A stretch of DNA of 64,000 nucleotides from Escherichia coli (GCF_045037415.1 NZ_CP173438.1), one strand, 5' to 3'. Shown: positions 1-11,718, counted from the first letter of the stretch. Numbers and translations: made by a program. The notes: a model not told the origin generated them from the sequence alone.

Positions 1-51
1 TCATTGCTGTGTAAACTGGGTTTTAACGCCGTTCATCATCCGGCACGTTAA
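1..51 (+). CDS. pdxB: 3' end of upstream gene, probably pdxB (erythronate-4-phosphate dehydrogenase); 5' part outside window
   Basis: Frame open from window edge to TAA at 49-51 (...GFNAVHHPAR*); lies directly upstream of usg as in the E. coli pdxB-usg-truA operon; C-terminus itself not independently recognised. Confidence 0.35.
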   Translation, partial: SLLCKLGFNAVHHPAR

Positions 52-116
52 TCTCTTCTTCATGCTCTCTGCTGTAATATTGGCAGGGAGCTTTGCTATT
101 TCTGGAGTAAACCACC

Positions 117-1130
117 ATGTCTGAAGGCTGGAACATTGCCGTCCTGGGCGCAACTGGCGCTGTGGGCGAAGCCCTGCTTGAAACGCTGGCTGAACGTCAG
201 TTCCCGGTTGGGGAAATTTATGCACTGGCACGTAACGAAAGCGCAGGCGAACAACTGCGCTTTGGTGGTAAGACAATCACCGTGCAGGATGCTGCTGAAT
301 TCGACTGGACGCAGGCGCAGCTGGCATTTTTTGTCGCAGGCAAAGAGGCTACCGCTGCCTGGGTTGAAGAAGCGACCAACTCAGGTTGTCTGGTGATCGA
401 CAGCAGCGGATTGTTTGCTCTCGAACCCGACGTACCGCTGGTGGTGCCGGAAGTAAACCCGTTTGTACTGACCGATTACCGCAACCGGAATGTCATCGCC
501 GTACCAGACAGTCTGACCAGCCAGCTGCTGGCGGCACTGAAACCGCTAATTGATCAGGGCGGTTTATCACGTATCAGCGTTACCAGCCTGATTTCAGCCT
601 CCGCCCAGGGCAAAAAAGCGGTCGATGCGTTAGCGGGGCAGAGTGCTAAATTACTCAATGGCATTCCGATTGACGAAGAAGATTTCTTCGGGCGTCAGCT
701 GGCGTTCAACATGCTGCCGTTACTGCCGGATAGCGAAGGTAGCGTGCGTGAAGAACGTCGTATCGTTGACGAAGTACGCAAAATCCTGCAGGACGAAGGG
801 CTGATGATTTCGGCAAGCGTCGTCCAGGCACCGGTATTCTACGGTCATGCCCAGATGGTCAACTTTGAAGCACTGCGTCCGCTGGCGGCAGAAGAAGCGC
901 GTGATGCGTTTGCTCAGGGCGAAGATATTGTGCTCTCTGAAGAGAACGAATTCCCGACTCAGGTAGGGGATGCTTCTGGTACGCCGCATCTTTCTGTTGG
1001 CTGCGTACGTAATGACTACGGTATGCCGGAGCAAGTTCAGTTCTGGTCGGTGGCCGATAACGTTCGCTTTGGCGGCGCGCTGATGGCAGTAAAAATTGCC
1101 GAGAAACTGGTGCAGGAGTATCTGTACTAA
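117..1130 (+). CDS. usg: USG-1 protein, aspartate-semialdehyde dehydrogenase paralog
   Basis: 337-aa ORF, Asd-like sequence; stop overlaps truA start (TAATG). Confidence 0.85.
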
Positions 1131-1942
1131 TGTCCGACCAGCAACAACCGCCAGTTTATAAAATTGCGCTGGGCATTGAGTACGACGGCAGTAGGTATTA
1201 CGGCTGGCAACGGCAGAATGAAGTCCGCAGTGTGCAGGAGAAGCTGGAAAAGGCGCTCTCCCAGGTGGCGAACGAACCCATCACCGTCTTCTGCGCCGGG
1301 CGTACTGACGCCGGTGTACACGGTACCGGGCAGGTTGTGCATTTCGAAACGACCGCGCAGCGCAAAGACGCTGCGTGGACGTTGGGCGTAAATGCGAATT
1401 TACCTGGTGACATCGCCGTGCGTTGGGTTAAAGCTGTACCTGATGATTTTCATGCCCGATTTAGCGCCACGGCTCGCCGTTATCGCTACATCATCTACAA
1501 TCATCGGCTGCGCCCGGCGGTACTGAGTAAAGGGGTAACCCATTTTTACGAACCGCTGGACGCTGAACGGATGCATCGGGCTGCGCAATGTTTGCTGGGC
1601 GAGAATGATTTCACCTCGTTCCGTGCGGTGCAGTGCCAGTCCCGGACCCCGTGGCGCAACGTTATGCATATTAATGTCACGCGTCACGGTCCTTATGTGG
1701 TGGTAGATATCAAAGCGAATGCCTTTGTACATCATATGGTCAGGAATATTGTCGGCAGCCTGATGGAAGTCGGTGCCCACAACCAGCCGGAGAGCTGGAT
1801 AGCAGAGTTGCTGGCGGCAAAGGACAGAACGCTGGCGGCAGCAACGGCAAAAGCGGAAGGGCTATATCTGGTCGCGGTGGATTACCCTGACCGATATGAT
1901 CTTCCAAAACCGCCAATGGGCCCGCTATTTCTGGCGGACTAA
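1130..1942 (+). CDS. truA: tRNA pseudouridine(38-40) synthase
   Basis: 270-aa ORF with TruA motifs (GRTDAGVH); synteny usg-truA-dedA. Confidence 0.9.
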
Positions 1943-1964
1943 CGAGAATAATGCTCGGAACATT

Positions 1965-1995
1965 TCAGGCTGTAGCCAACGTAGTTACAGCCTGA
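1965..1995 (+). other. 10-bp perfect inverted repeat (stem-loop) between truA and dedA, no U-tract
   Basis: TCAGGCTGTA (1965-1974) / TACAGCCTGA (1986-1995), 11-nt loop; followed by TAGATGACG, so not a canonical intrinsic terminator. Confidence 0.4.
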
Positions 1996-2024
1996 TAGAT
2001 GACGAGTACAAGGCATAGGCAAAT

Positions 2025-2684
2025 ATGGACCTGATTTATTTCCTCATCGATTTTATCCTGCACATTGACGTGCATCTGGCAGAGCTGGTCGCGGAGTACG
2101 GCGTCTGGGTTTATGCCATTTTGTTCTTAATTTTGTTCTGTGAAACCGGTCTGGTGGTAACGCCGTTTTTACCGGGTGATTCATTGCTGTTTGTTGCCGG
2201 AGCGTTGGCATCACTGGAGACCAACGATCTCAACGTCCATATGATGGTGGTGCTGATGCTGATCGCCGCGATTGTGGGTGACGCGGTCAATTACACTATC
2301 GGGCGGTTGTTCGGTGAAAAGTTATTCAGTAATCCCAATTCGAAAATTTTCCGTCGCAGTTATCTCGACAAAACCCATCAGTTTTATGAGAAACATGGCG
2401 GCAAAACGATTATTCTCGCCCGTTTTGTGCCGATCGTCAGAACGTTCGCCCCGTTTGTTGCGGGAATGGGCCACATGTCGTACCGTCATTTCGCCGCTTA
2501 TAACGTGATTGGCGCACTGTTGTGGGTACTGCTTTTTACCTACGCAGGCTATTTCTTCGGCACGCTCCCCTTCATTCAGAGCAACCTTAAACTGATGATT
2601 GTTGGCATTATTTTTGTTTCAATATTGCCAGGTGTTTTCGAATTTATTCGCCACAAACGCGCAGCGGCACGCGCCGCAAAATAA
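2025..2684 (+). CDS. dedA: DedA-family inner membrane protein
   Basis: 219-aa hydrophobic ORF, DedA/SNARE-associated family; synteny. Confidence 0.9.
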   Translation: MDLIYFLIDFILHIDVHLAELVAEYGVWVYAILFLILFCETGLVVTPFLPGDSLLFVAGALASLETNDLNVHMMVVLMLIAAIVGDAVNYTIGRLFGEKLFSNPNSKIFRRSYLDKTHQFYEKHGGKTIILARFVPIVRTFAPFVAGMGHMSYRHFAAYNVIGALLWVLLFTYAGYFFGTLPFIQSNLKLMIVGIIFVSILPGVFEFIRHKRAAARAAK

Positions 2685-2839
2685 AAAGTAACTCTGCGGT
2701 TCGACCACTTTTTTATCCAAAGTTTCGGGCTGTTATGTTTTAATGTGCAACATTCATGGTCTGTTGGGGGCAAAAATGGCATTATGCGTCCCCAAAGATA
2801 AAACTGGCATCGAACCAGGTTCAGACAGAAAGGTCCCTA

Positions 2840-3754
2840 ATGAGCTGGATTGAACGAATTAAAAGCAACATTACTCCCACCCGCAAGGCGAGCATTCCTG
2901 AAGGGGTGTGGACTAAGTGTGATAGCTGCGGTCAGGTTTTATACCGCGCTGAGCTGGAACGTAATCTTGAGGTCTGTCCGAAGTGTGACCATCACATGCG
3001 TATGACAGCGCGTAATCGCCTGCATAGCCTGTTAGATGAAGGAAGCCTTGTGGAGCTGGGTAGCGAGCTTGAGCCGAAAGATGTGCTGAAGTTTCGTGAC
3101 TCCAAGAAGTATAAAGACCGTCTGGCATCTGCGCAGAAAGAAACCGGCGAAAAAGATGCGCTGGTGGTGATGAAAGGCACTCTGTATGGAATGCCGGTTG
3201 TCGCTGCGGCATTCGAGTTCGCCTTTATGGGCGGTTCCATGGGGTCTGTGGTAGGTGCGCGTTTCGTGCGTGCCGTTGAGCAGGCGCTGGAAGATAACTG
3301 CCCACTGATCTGCTTCTCCGCCTCTGGTGGCGCACGTATGCAGGAAGCACTGATGTCGCTGATGCAGATGGCGAAAACCTCTGCGGCACTGGCAAAAATG
3401 CAGGAGCGCGGCTTGCCGTACATCTCCGTGCTGACCGACCCGACCATGGGCGGTGTTTCTGCAAGTTTCGCCATGCTGGGCGATCTCAACATCGCTGAAC
3501 CGAAAGCGTTAATTGGCTTTGCCGGTCCGCGTGTTATCGAACAGACTGTTCGCGAAAAACTGCCGCCAGGATTCCAGCGCAGTGAATTCCTGATCGAGAA
3601 AGGCGCGATCGACATGATCGTCCGTCGTCCGGAAATGCGTCTGAAACTGGCGAGCATTCTGGCGAAGTTGATGAATCTGCCAGCGCCGAATCCTGAAGCG
3701 CCGCGTGAAGGCGTAGTGGTGCCACCGGTACCGGATCAGGAACCTGAGGCCTGA
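2840..3754 (+). CDS. accD: acetyl-CoA carboxylase carboxyltransferase beta subunit
   Basis: Track ORF 2756-3754; conserved start MSWIERIK at 2840; N-terminal Zn-finger CxxC...CxxC; 304 aa. Confidence 0.9.
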
Positions 3755-3762
3755 TAACTGAT

Positions 3763-3791
3763 AAGGGCAGGGCCACTGGCTCTGCCCTTTT
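3763..3791 (+). terminator. intrinsic terminator after accD
   Basis: AAGGGCAG (3763-3770) / CTGCCCTT (3782-3789) stem, 11-nt loop, followed by TTTT. Confidence 0.55.
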
Positions 3792-3823
3792 GCTATTCTC
3801 ACCGTAACGAATCAGCGGATACC

Positions 3824-5092
3824 ATGATTATCAAACGCACTCCTCAAGCCGCGTCGCCTCTGGCTTCGTGGCTTTCTTATCTGGAAAACCTGCACAGTAA
3901 AACTATCGATCTCGGCCTTGAGCGCGTGAGCCAGGTCGCGGCGCGTCTTGGCGTTCTGAAACCAGCGCCATTTGTGTTTACCGTTGCGGGTACGAATGGC
4001 AAAGGCACCACCTGCCGTACGCTGGAGTCGATTCTGATGGCGGCAGGGTACAAAGTGGGCGTCTACAGTTCGCCGCATCTGGTGCGTTATACCGAGCGCG
4101 TACGTGTGCAGGGGCAGGAATTGCCGGAATCGGCCCACACCGCTTCTTTTGCGGAGATTGAATCGGCACGCGGTGATATTTCCCTGACCTATTTCGAGTA
4201 CGGTACGCTGTCGGCATTGTGGCTGTTCAAGCAGGCACAACTTGACGTAGTGATTCTGGAAGTAGGGCTGGGCGGTCGTCTGGACGCAACCAATATTGTC
4301 GATGCCGATGTCGCGGTAGTAACCAGTATTGCGCTGGATCATACCGACTGGCTGGGGCCAGATCGCGAAAGTATTGGTCGCGAGAAAGCAGGTATCTTTC
4401 GCAGCGAAAAACCGGCAATTGTCGGTGAGCCGGAAATGCCTTCTACCATTGCTGATGTGGGGCAGGAAAAAGGTGCACTGCTACAACGTCGGGGCGTTGA
4501 GTGGAACTATTCCGTCACCGATCATGACTGGACGTTTAGCGATGCTCACGGCACGCTGGAAAATCTGCCGTTGCCGCTTGTCCCGCAACCGAATGCCGCA
4601 ACGGCGCTGGCGGCACTGCGTGCCAGCGGGCTGGAGGTCAGTGAAAATGCCATTCGCGACGGGATTGCCAGCGCAATTTTGCCGGGACGTTTCCAGATTG
4701 TGAGCGAGTCGCCACGCGTTATTTTTGATGTCGCGCATAATCCACATGCGGCGGAATATCTCACCGGGCGTATGAAAGCGCTACCGAAAAACGGGCGCGT
4801 GCTGGCGGTTATCGGTATGCTACATGATAAAGATATTGCCGGAACTCTGGCCTGGTTGAAAAGCGTGGTTGATGACTGGTATTGTGCGCCACTGGAAGGG
4901 CCGCGCGGTGCCACGGCAGAACAACTGCTTGAGCATTTGGGTAACGGCAAATCATTTGATAGCGTTGCGCAGGCATGGGATGCCGCAATGGCGGACGCTA
5001 AAGCGGAAGACACCGTGCTGGTGTGTGGTTCGTTCCACACGGTCGCACATGTCATGGAAGTGATTGACGCGAGGAGAAGCGGTGGCAAGTAA
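3824..5092 (+). CDS. folC: bifunctional folylpolyglutamate synthase / dihydrofolate synthase
   Basis: 422-aa ORF, Mur-ligase-type P-loop (GTNGKGTT); synteny accD-folC-dedD. Confidence 0.9.
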   Translation: MIIKRTPQAASPLASWLSYLENLHSKTIDLGLERVSQVAARLGVLKPAPFVFTVAGTNGKGTTCRTLESILMAAGYKVGVYSSPHLVRYTERVRVQGQELPESAHTASFAEIESARGDISLTYFEYGTLSALWLFKQAQLDVVILEVGLGGRLDATNIVDADVAVVTSIALDHTDWLGPDRESIGREKAGIFRSEKPAIVGEPEMPSTIADVGQEKGALLQRRGVEWNYSVTDHDWTFSDAHGTLENLPLPLVPQPNAATALAALRASGLEVSENAIRDGIASAILPGRFQIVSESPRVIFDVAHNPHAAEYLTGRMKALPKNGRVLAVIGMLHDKDIAGTLAWLKSVVDDWYCAPLEGPRGATAEQLLEHLGNGKSFDSVAQAWDAAMADAKAEDTVLVCGSFHTVAHVMEVIDARRSGGK

Positions 5093-5744
5093 GTTTCAGA
5101 ATCGGTTAGTGGGCACGATCGTGCTGGTGGCGCTGGGGGTGATTGTACTTCCAGGGCTGCTGGACGGGCAGAAAAAACATTATCAGGATGAGTTCGCGGC
5201 TATCCCGCTGGTGCCGAAAGCGGGCGATCGCGATGAGCCTGATATGATGCCAGCCGCCACCCAGGCGTTGCCGACGCAGCCGCCGGAAGGCGCAGCGGAA
5301 GAGGTGCGGGCAGGCGATGCCGCAGCACCGTCGCTCGATCCGGCCACTATTGCAGCCAATAACACCGAGTTTGAACCGGAACCTGCACCGGTCGTCCCAC
5401 CGAAGCCGAAACCGGTGGAGTCGCCTAAACCGAAGGTTGAAGCACCACCTGCGCCGAAGCCAGAACCGAAGCCGGTCGTGGAAGAAAAAGCAGCGCCAAC
5501 GGGTAAAGCCTATGTTGTGCAACTGGGCGCGCTGAAAAATGCCGATAAAGTGAATGAGATTGTCGGTAAGCTGCGCGGTGCCGGTTATCGGGTTTATACG
5601 TCGCCATCCACGCCAGTGCAGGGTAAAATTACCCGTATTCTGGTTGGGCCAGATGCTTCCAAAGAGAAGCTGAAAGGATCGCTGGGTGAGCTCAAGCAGC
5701 TTTCTGGCTTAAGTGGTGTGGTAATGGGCTATACACCGAATTAA
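5082..5744 (+). CDS. dedD: cell-division protein DedD (SPOR domain, Pro-rich linker)
   Basis: Track ORF begins at TTG 5064; GTG at 5082 preceded by GAGGAG (5071-5076) gives the 220-aa MASKFQNRLVG... form; overlaps folC 3' end by 11 nt. Confidence 0.8.
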   Translation: MASKFQNRLVGTIVLVALGVIVLPGLLDGQKKHYQDEFAAIPLVPKAGDRDEPDMMPAATQALPTQPPEGAAEEVRAGDAAAPSLDPATIAANNTEFEPEPAPVVPPKPKPVESPKPKVEAPPAPKPEPKPVVEEKAAPTGKAYVVQLGALKNADKVNEIVGKLRGAGYRVYTSPSTPVQGKITRILVGPDASKEKLKGSLGELKQLSGLSGVVMGYTPN

Positions 5745-5753
5745 TACGGTTTT

Positions 5754-6020
<267 letters not shown>

Positions 6021-6056
6021 CGCATTGCCCGATGCCGCAAAGGCATAAAAAGTCGA

Positions 6057-6087
6057 TGGCGTTGAATATTTTTTCAGCGCCATTTTT
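6057..6087 (+). terminator. intrinsic terminator downstream of dedD / BIME cluster
   Basis: TGGCGTTGAA (6057-6066) pairs with TTCAGCGCCA (6073-6082) incl. one G-U wobble; loop TATTTT; then TTTTT (6083-6087). Confidence 0.5.
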
Positions 6088-6112
6088 ATTGATGCGCGGG
6101 AAGGAAATCCCT

Positions 6113-6128
6113 ACGCAAACGTTTTCTT
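6113..6128. promoter_or_regulatory. PurR operator (pur box) of the cvpA-purF-ubiX operon
   Basis: ACGCAAACGTTTTCTT matches the PurR box consensus ACGCAAACGTTTGCGT; ~57 nt upstream of cvpA start. Confidence 0.6.
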
Positions 6129-6184
6129 TTTCTGTTAGAATGCGCCCCGAACAGGATGACAGGGCGTAAAATCGTGGGACACAT

Positions 6185-6673
6185 ATGGTCTGGATTGATT
6201 ACGCCATAATCGCGGTGATTGCTTTTTCCTCTCTGGTTAGCCTGATCCGCGGCTTTGTTCGTGAAGCGTTATCGCTGGTGACATGGGGTTGTGCTTTCTT
6301 TGTTGCCAGTCATTACTACACTTACCTGTCAGTCTGGTTTACGGGCTTTGAAGACGAACTGGTTCGAAATGGGATTGCCATCGCGGTACTGTTTATCGCT
6401 ACCCTGATCGTTGGTGCTATCGTGAACTTCGTGATAGGCCAGTTGGTGGAGAAAACGGGGTTGTCAGGCACCGATCGGGTGTTGGGCGTCTGTTTCGGTG
6501 CCTTGCGCGGTGTGTTGATTGTTGCTGCCATTCTCTTCTTTCTCGACTCCTTTACCGGGGTGTCGAAAAGCGAAGACTGGAGCAAATCACAGCTGATCCC
6601 GCAGTTCAGTTTTATCATCAGATGGTTTTTTGATTATCTGCAAAGCTCGTCAAGTTTCTTGCCCAGAGCGTAA
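6185..6673 (+). CDS. cvpA: colicin V production membrane protein
   Basis: 162-aa hydrophobic ORF immediately upstream of purF. Confidence 0.85.
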   Translation: MVWIDYAIIAVIAFSSLVSLIRGFVREALSLVTWGCAFFVASHYYTYLSVWFTGFEDELVRNGIAIAVLFIATLIVGAIVNFVIGQLVEKTGLSGTDRVLGVCFGALRGVLIVAAILFFLDSFTGVSKSEDWSKSQLIPQFSFIIRWFFDYLQSSSSFLPRA

Positions 6674-6709
6674 GTGCTCTGAGATGTGGCTTAACGAGGA
6701 AAAAGACGT

Positions 6710-8227
6710 ATGTGCGGTATTGTCGGTATCGCCGGTGTTATGCCGGTTAACCAGTCGATTTATGATGCCTTAACGGTGCTTCAGCATCGCGGTCAGGATG
6801 CCGCCGGCATCATCACCATAGATGCCAATAACTGCTTCCGTTTGCGGAAAGCGAACGGGCTGGTGAGCGATGTATTTGAAGCTCGCCATATGCAGCGTTT
6901 GCAGGGCAATATGGGCATTGGTCATGTGCGTTACCCTACGGCTGGCAGCTCCAGCGCCTCTGAAGCGCAGCCGTTTTACGTTAACTCTCCGTATGGCATT
7001 ACGCTTGCCCACAACGGCAATCTGACCAACGCTCACGAGTTGCGTAAAAAACTGTTTGAAGAAAAACGCCGCCACATCAACACCACTTCCGACTCGGAAA
7101 TTCTGCTTAATATCTTCGCCAGCGAGCTGGACAACTTCCGCCACTACCCGCTGGAAGCCGACAACATTTTCGCCGCCATCGCTGCTACAAACCGCTTAAT
7201 CCGCGGCGCGTATGCCTGTGTGGTGATGATTATCGGCCACGGTATGGTTGCTTTCCGCGATCCTAACGGGATTCGTCCGCTTGTACTGGGCAAACGTGAT
7301 ATTGACGATAATCGCACAGAATATATGGTCGCTTCCGAAAGCGTTGCGCTCGATACGCTGGGCTTTGAGTTCCTGCGTGATGTCGCCCCTGGCGAAGCGA
7401 TTTACATCACTGAAGAAGGGCAGTTGTTTACCCGTCAGTGTGCTGACAATCCGGTCAGCAATCCGTGCCTGTTTGAGTATGTATACTTTGCTCGCCCGGA
7501 CTCGTTCATCGACAAAATTTCCGTTTACAGCGCGCGTGTGAATATGGGCACGAAGCTGGGCGAGAAAATTGCCCGCGAATGGGAAGATCTGGATATCGAC
7601 GTGGTGATCCCGATCCCGGAAACTTCCTGCGATATCGCGCTGGAAATTGCGCGTATTCTGGGCAAACCGTACCGCCAGGGCTTCGTTAAAAACCGCTATG
7701 TTGGCCGCACCTTCATCATGCCGGGTCAGCAGCTGCGTCGTAAGTCCGTGCGCCGTAAACTGAACGCCAACCGCGCCGAGTTCCGCGATAAAAACGTCCT
7801 GCTGGTCGACGACTCTATCGTCCGTGGCACCACTTCTGAGCAGATTATCGAGATGGCACGCGAAGCCGGAGCGAAGAAAGTGTACCTCGCTTCTGCGGCA
7901 CCGGAAATTCGCTTCCCGAACGTTTACGGTATCGATATGCCGAGCGCCACGGAACTGATCGCTCACGGTCGCGAAGTAGATGAAATTCGCCAGATCATCG
8001 GTGCTGACGGGTTGATTTTCCAGGATCTGAACGATCTGATCGAAGCCGTTCGCGCTGAAAACCCGGATATCCAGCAGTTTGAATGCTCGGTGTTCAACGG
8101 CGTCTACGTCACCAAAGACGTTGATCAGGGCTACCTCGATTTCCTCGATACTTTACGTAATGACGACGCCAAAGCAGTGCAACGTCAGAACGAAGTGGAA
8201 AATCTCGAAATGCATAACGAAGGATGA
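6710..8227 (+). CDS. purF: amidophosphoribosyltransferase
   Basis: 505-aa ORF starting MCGIVGI (N-terminal Cys nucleophile), PRTase motif. Confidence 0.95.
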   Translation: MCGIVGIAGVMPVNQSIYDALTVLQHRGQDAAGIITIDANNCFRLRKANGLVSDVFEARHMQRLQGNMGIGHVRYPTAGSSSASEAQPFYVNSPYGITLAHNGNLTNAHELRKKLFEEKRRHINTTSDSEILLNIFASELDNFRHYPLEADNIFAAIAATNRLIRGAYACVVMIIGHGMVAFRDPNGIRPLVLGKRDIDDNRTEYMVASESVALDTLGFEFLRDVAPGEAIYITEEGQLFTRQCADNPVSNPCLFEYVYFARPDSFIDKISVYSARVNMGTKLGEKIAREWEDLDIDVVIPIPETSCDIALEIARILGKPYRQGFVKNRYVGRTFIMPGQQLRRKSVRRKLNANRAEFRDKNVLLVDDSIVRGTTSEQIIEMAREAGAKKVYLASAAPEIRFPNVYGIDMPSATELIAHGREVDEIRQIIGADGLIFQDLNDLIEAVRAENPDIQQFECSVFNGVYVTKDVDQGYLDFLDTLRNDDAKAVQRQNEVENLEMHNEG

Positions 8228-8321
8228 TGCCTTCGCTCAGGGTGCCGGTCTGGCACCCTGACTTGCAACTCCCGCCGAAATCCTGCAAAGTCTGCCTGCA
8301 AGTCTGACAGGGCAACTATTT

Positions 8322-8891
8322 ATGAAACGACTCATTGTAGGCATCAGCGGTGCCAGCGGCGCGATTTATGGCGTGCGTTTATTACAGGTTCTGCGCGATG
8401 TCACAGATATCGAAACGCATCTGGTAATGAGCCAGGCGGCGCGCCAGACCTTATCCCTCGAAACGGATTTTTCCCTGCGCGAAGTGCAGGCGTTAGCTGA
8501 TGTGACACACGATGCGCGCGATATTGCTGCCAGCATTTCTTCCGGTTCTTTCCAGACGTTGGGGATGGTGATTTTACCCTGTTCAATCAAAACCCTGTCC
8601 GGCATTGTCCATAGCTATACTGATGGCTTACTGACCCGTGCGGCAGATGTGGTGCTGAAAGAGCGTCGCCCGTTGGTGCTCTGCGTGCGTGAAACGCCAC
8701 TGCACTTAGGCCATCTGCGTTTAATGACTCAGGCGGCAGAAATCGGTGCGGTGATTATGCCTCCCGTTCCGGCGTTTTATCATCGCCCACAATCCCTTGA
8801 TGATGTGATAAATCAGACGGTTAATCGTGTTCTTGACCAGTTTGCGGTAACCCTTCCTGAAGATCTCTTTGCCCGCTGGCAGGGCGCATAA
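8322..8891 (+). CDS. ubiX: flavin prenyltransferase UbiX
   Basis: 189-aa ORF, UbiX/Pad1 family (MKRLIVGISGASGA). Confidence 0.9.
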   Translation: MKRLIVGISGASGAIYGVRLLQVLRDVTDIETHLVMSQAARQTLSLETDFSLREVQALADVTHDARDIAASISSGSFQTLGMVILPCSIKTLSGIVHSYTDGLLTRAADVVLKERRPLVLCVRETPLHLGHLRLMTQAAEIGAVIMPPVPAFYHRPQSLDDVINQTVNRVLDQFAVTLPEDLFARWQGA

Positions 8892-8899
8892 CTCCGCTG

Positions 8900-8922
8900 T
8901 TGCCCTGTTTCAGGGCAATTTT
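8900..8922 (+). terminator. intrinsic terminator after ubiX
   Basis: TTGCCCTG (8900-8907) / CAGGGCAA (8911-8918), then TTTT (8919-8922). Confidence 0.55.
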
Positions 8923-9072
8923 GCAACCGCGATCAAATCCTCGACATTTTGTTTCTGCCATTCAATCGAAACGCTGCGATTCAACCGCTATACCTGCTAT
9001 CTTCAACTTTAGGACAATAATGCAACTTCTTATTAACATATTTAACGTTGAATGTTACTGCTGTCGTCAAGA

Positions 9073-9088
9073 TGGCATAAGACCTGCA
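9073..9088 (+). promoter_or_regulatory. sigma-54 (-24/-12) promoter candidate for argT
   Basis: TGGCAT-N5-CTGCA: GG and GC at the canonical -24/-12 spacing, ~70 nt upstream of argT ATG; argT is known to be nitrogen (NtrC) regulated. Confidence 0.5.
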
Positions 9089-9156
9089 TGAAAGAGCCTG
9101 CAAACACACAACACAATACACAACATAAAAAAGCCATTTTCACTTGAGGGTTATGT

Positions 9157-9939
9157 ATGAAGAAGTCGATTCTCGCTCTGTCTTTGTTAGTCGGTCTCTC
9201 CGCAGCGGCTTCCAGCTATGCGGCGCTACCGGAGACGGTACGTATCGGAACCGATACCACCTACGCACCGTTCTCATCGAAAGATGCCAAAGGTGACTTT
9301 GTTGGCTTTGATATCGATCTCGGTAACGAGATGTGCAAACGGATGCAGGTGAAATGTACCTGGGTTGCCAGCGACTTTGACGCGCTGATCCCCTCACTGA
9401 AAGCGAAAAAAATCGACGCCATTATTTCGTCGCTCTCCATTACCGATAAACGTCAGCAGGAGATTGCTTTCTCCGACAAGCTGTACGCCGCAGATTCTCG
9501 TTTGATTGCCGCCAAAGGTTCACCGATTCAGCCAACGCTGGATTCACTGAAAGGTAAACATGTTGGTGTGCTGCAGGGATCAACCCAGGAAGCTTACGCT
9601 AACGAGACCTGGCGTAGCAAAGGCGTGGATGTGGTGGCCTATGCCAACCAGGATTTAGTCTATTCCGATCTGGCTGCAGGACGTCTGGATGCTGCGTTAC
9701 AAGATGAAGTTGCTGCCAGCGAAGGTTTCCTTAAGCAACCCGCCGGTAAAGATTTCGCCTTTGCAGGCCCATCAGTGAAAGACAAAAAATACTTCGGTGA
9801 CGGCACCGGTGTAGGGCTACGTAAAGATGATGCGGAACTGACGGCTGCGTTTAATAAGGCGCTTGGCGAGCTGCGTCAGGACGGCACCTACGACAAGATG
9901 GCGAAAAAGTATTTTGACTTTAATGTCTACGGTGACTGA
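9157..9939 (+). CDS. argT: lysine/arginine/ornithine periplasmic binding protein
   Basis: 260-aa ORF with signal peptide, paralogous to downstream hisJ; synteny. Confidence 0.9.
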   Translation: MKKSILALSLLVGLSAAASSYAALPETVRIGTDTTYAPFSSKDAKGDFVGFDIDLGNEMCKRMQVKCTWVASDFDALIPSLKAKKIDAIISSLSITDKRQQEIAFSDKLYAADSRLIAAKGSPIQPTLDSLKGKHVGVLQGSTQEAYANETWRSKGVDVVAYANQDLVYSDLAAGRLDAALQDEVAASEGFLKQPAGKDFAFAGPSVKDKKYFGDGTGVGLRKDDAELTAAFNKALGELRQDGTYDKMAKKYFDFNVYGD

Positions 9940-10159
9940 TACGTCGCAGGGAAGCTGTACCTGATGGAATGATCATCATGGTGCACGCCAGGTTTGTTGC
10001 ACTATCGTGGTGCATTGAAATGCATACTTAAGCATTTTTAATGAAAAATAATACGTCTAGCGGGGCGGGATATTTTGCCTTGATGGTCAATTTTATGGCA
10101 CGATAAGTGTAACAAACCTGTAAATATTCCCGATAAAAAGACTGTCAGTTGAGGACATT

Positions 10160-10942
10160 ATGAAAAAACTGGTGCTATCGCTCTCTCTGGTTCTGGCCTT
10201 CTCCAGCGCAACTGCAGCATTTGCTGCGATTCCGCAAAACATCCGCATCGGTACCGATCCGACCTATGCGCCATTTGAATCAAAAAATTCACAAGGTGAA
10301 CTGGTTGGCTTCGATATCGATCTGGCCAAGGAGTTGTGCAAACGCATCAATACGCAATGTACGTTTGTCGAAAACCCACTGGATGCGTTAATCCCGTCCT
10401 TAAAAGCGAAGAAGATTGACGCCATCATGTCATCGCTTTCCATTACGGAAAAACGTCAGCAAGAAATAGCCTTCACCGACAAACTGTACGCAGCCGATTC
10501 TCGTCTGGTGGTGGCGAAAAATTCCGACATTCAGCCGACAGTCGAATCGCTGAAAGGCAAACGGGTAGGCGTATTGCAGGGCACCACCCAGGAGACGTTC
10601 GGTAACGAACACTGGGCACCAAAAGGCATTGAAATCGTTTCTTATCAGGGGCAGGACAACATTTATTCTGACCTGACTGCCGGACGTATTGATGCCGCGT
10701 TCCAGGATGAGGTCGCAGCCAGCGAAGGTTTCCTCAAACAACCCGTCGGTAAAGATTACAAATTCGGTGGCCCGTCTGTTAAAGATGAAAAACTGTTTGG
10801 CGTAGGGACCGGCATGGGCCTGCGTAAAGAAGATAACGAACTGCGCGAGGCACTGAACAAAGCCTTTGCCGAAATGCGCGCTGACGGTACTTACGAGAAA
10901 TTAGCGAAAAAGTACTTCGATTTTGATGTTTATGGTGGTTAA
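10160..10942 (+). CDS. hisJ: histidine periplasmic binding protein
   Basis: 260-aa ORF with signal peptide, high similarity to argT; first gene of hisJQMP. Confidence 0.9.
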   Translation: MKKLVLSLSLVLAFSSATAAFAAIPQNIRIGTDPTYAPFESKNSQGELVGFDIDLAKELCKRINTQCTFVENPLDALIPSLKAKKIDAIMSSLSITEKRQQEIAFTDKLYAADSRLVVAKNSDIQPTVESLKGKRVGVLQGTTQETFGNEHWAPKGIEIVSYQGQDNIYSDLTAGRIDAAFQDEVAASEGFLKQPVGKDYKFGGPSVKDEKLFGVGTGMGLRKEDNELREALNKAFAEMRADGTYEKLAKKYFDFDVYGG

Positions 10943-10966
10943 TCGCCATCGGTGAAAGAAAGCCCG

Positions 10967-10990
10967 CTCCCTTCGGGTAACCGGAGGGAG
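10967..10990 (+). other. intercistronic stem-loop between hisJ and hisQ
   Basis: CTCCCTTCGG / CCGGAGGGAG 10-bp stem (one G-U) with GTAA tetraloop; no U-tract, so likely an mRNA-stabilising or processing structure rather than a terminator. Confidence 0.45.
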
Positions 10991-11031
10991 ACAAGAGGCG
11001 GTAATTCACCACACACGACAGGACAGGCAGC

Positions 11032-11718
11032 ATGTTGTATGGGTTTTCAAGTGTTATTTTACAGGGTGCGCTCGTCACGCTGGAGCTGGCTATCAGCTCT
11101 GTAGTGCTCGCTGTAATCATCGGTTTAATTGGCGCTGGCGGTAAGCTCTCACAAAATCGGCTTTCGGGCCTTATTTTCGAAGGGTACACCACGCTGATTC
11201 GAGGCGTGCCGGATTTAGTATTGATGCTGCTGATTTTCTACGGTTTGCAGATTGCGCTAAACACGGTGACGGAGGCGATGGGCGTCGGGCAGATTGATAT
11301 TGATCCGATGGTCGCAGGTATTATCACTCTCGGTTTTATCTACGGTGCTTATTTTACCGAAACGTTTCGTGGCGCGTTTATGGCAGTGCCGAAAGGACAT
11401 ATAGAGGCGGCGACGGCGTTCGGTTTTACTCGTGGGCAAGTGTTTCGGCGGATCATGTTTCCGGCGATGATGCGTTACGCCCTGCCAGGCATTGGCAACA
11501 ACTGGCAGGTGATCCTCAAATCTACCGCACTGGTTTCGTTACTCGGCCTGGAAGATGTGGTCAAAGCCACGCAGCTGGCAGGCAAAAGTACCTGGGAACC
11601 GTTCTATTTCGCTATCGTCTGCGGCGTGATTTATCTTGTTTTCACCACCGTTTCCAATGGTGTGCTGCTGTTCCTTGAGCGCCGCTACTCCGTGGGTGTG
11701 AAGAGGGCTGACCTGTGA
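11032..11718 (+). CDS. hisQ: histidine ABC transporter permease
   Basis: 228-aa membrane ORF; synteny. Confidence 0.9.
   Translation: MLYGFSSVILQGALVTLELAISSVVLAVIIGLIGAGGKLSQNRLSGLIFEGYTTLIRGVPDLVLMLLIFYGLQIALNTVTEAMGVGQIDIDPMVAGIITLGFIYGAYFTETFRGAFMAVPKGHIEAATAFGFTRGQVFRRIMFPAMMRYALPGIGNNWQVILKSTALVSLLGLEDVVKATQLAGKSTWEPFYFAIVCGVIYLVFTTVSNGVLLFLERRYSVGVKRADL

Noticed and set aside
1-276. 91-aa minus-strand ORF spanning the usg start region
   Set aside because: Overlaps the well-supported usg start and the probable pdxB 3' end on the other strand; no independent support.
10096-10112. TGGCACG-N4-GTGTA upstream of hisJ, resembling a sigma-54 -24 element
   Set aside because: The -24 TGGCAC is perfect but the essential -12 GC dinucleotide is GT, unlike the argT candidate at 9073-9088; not called as a promoter.
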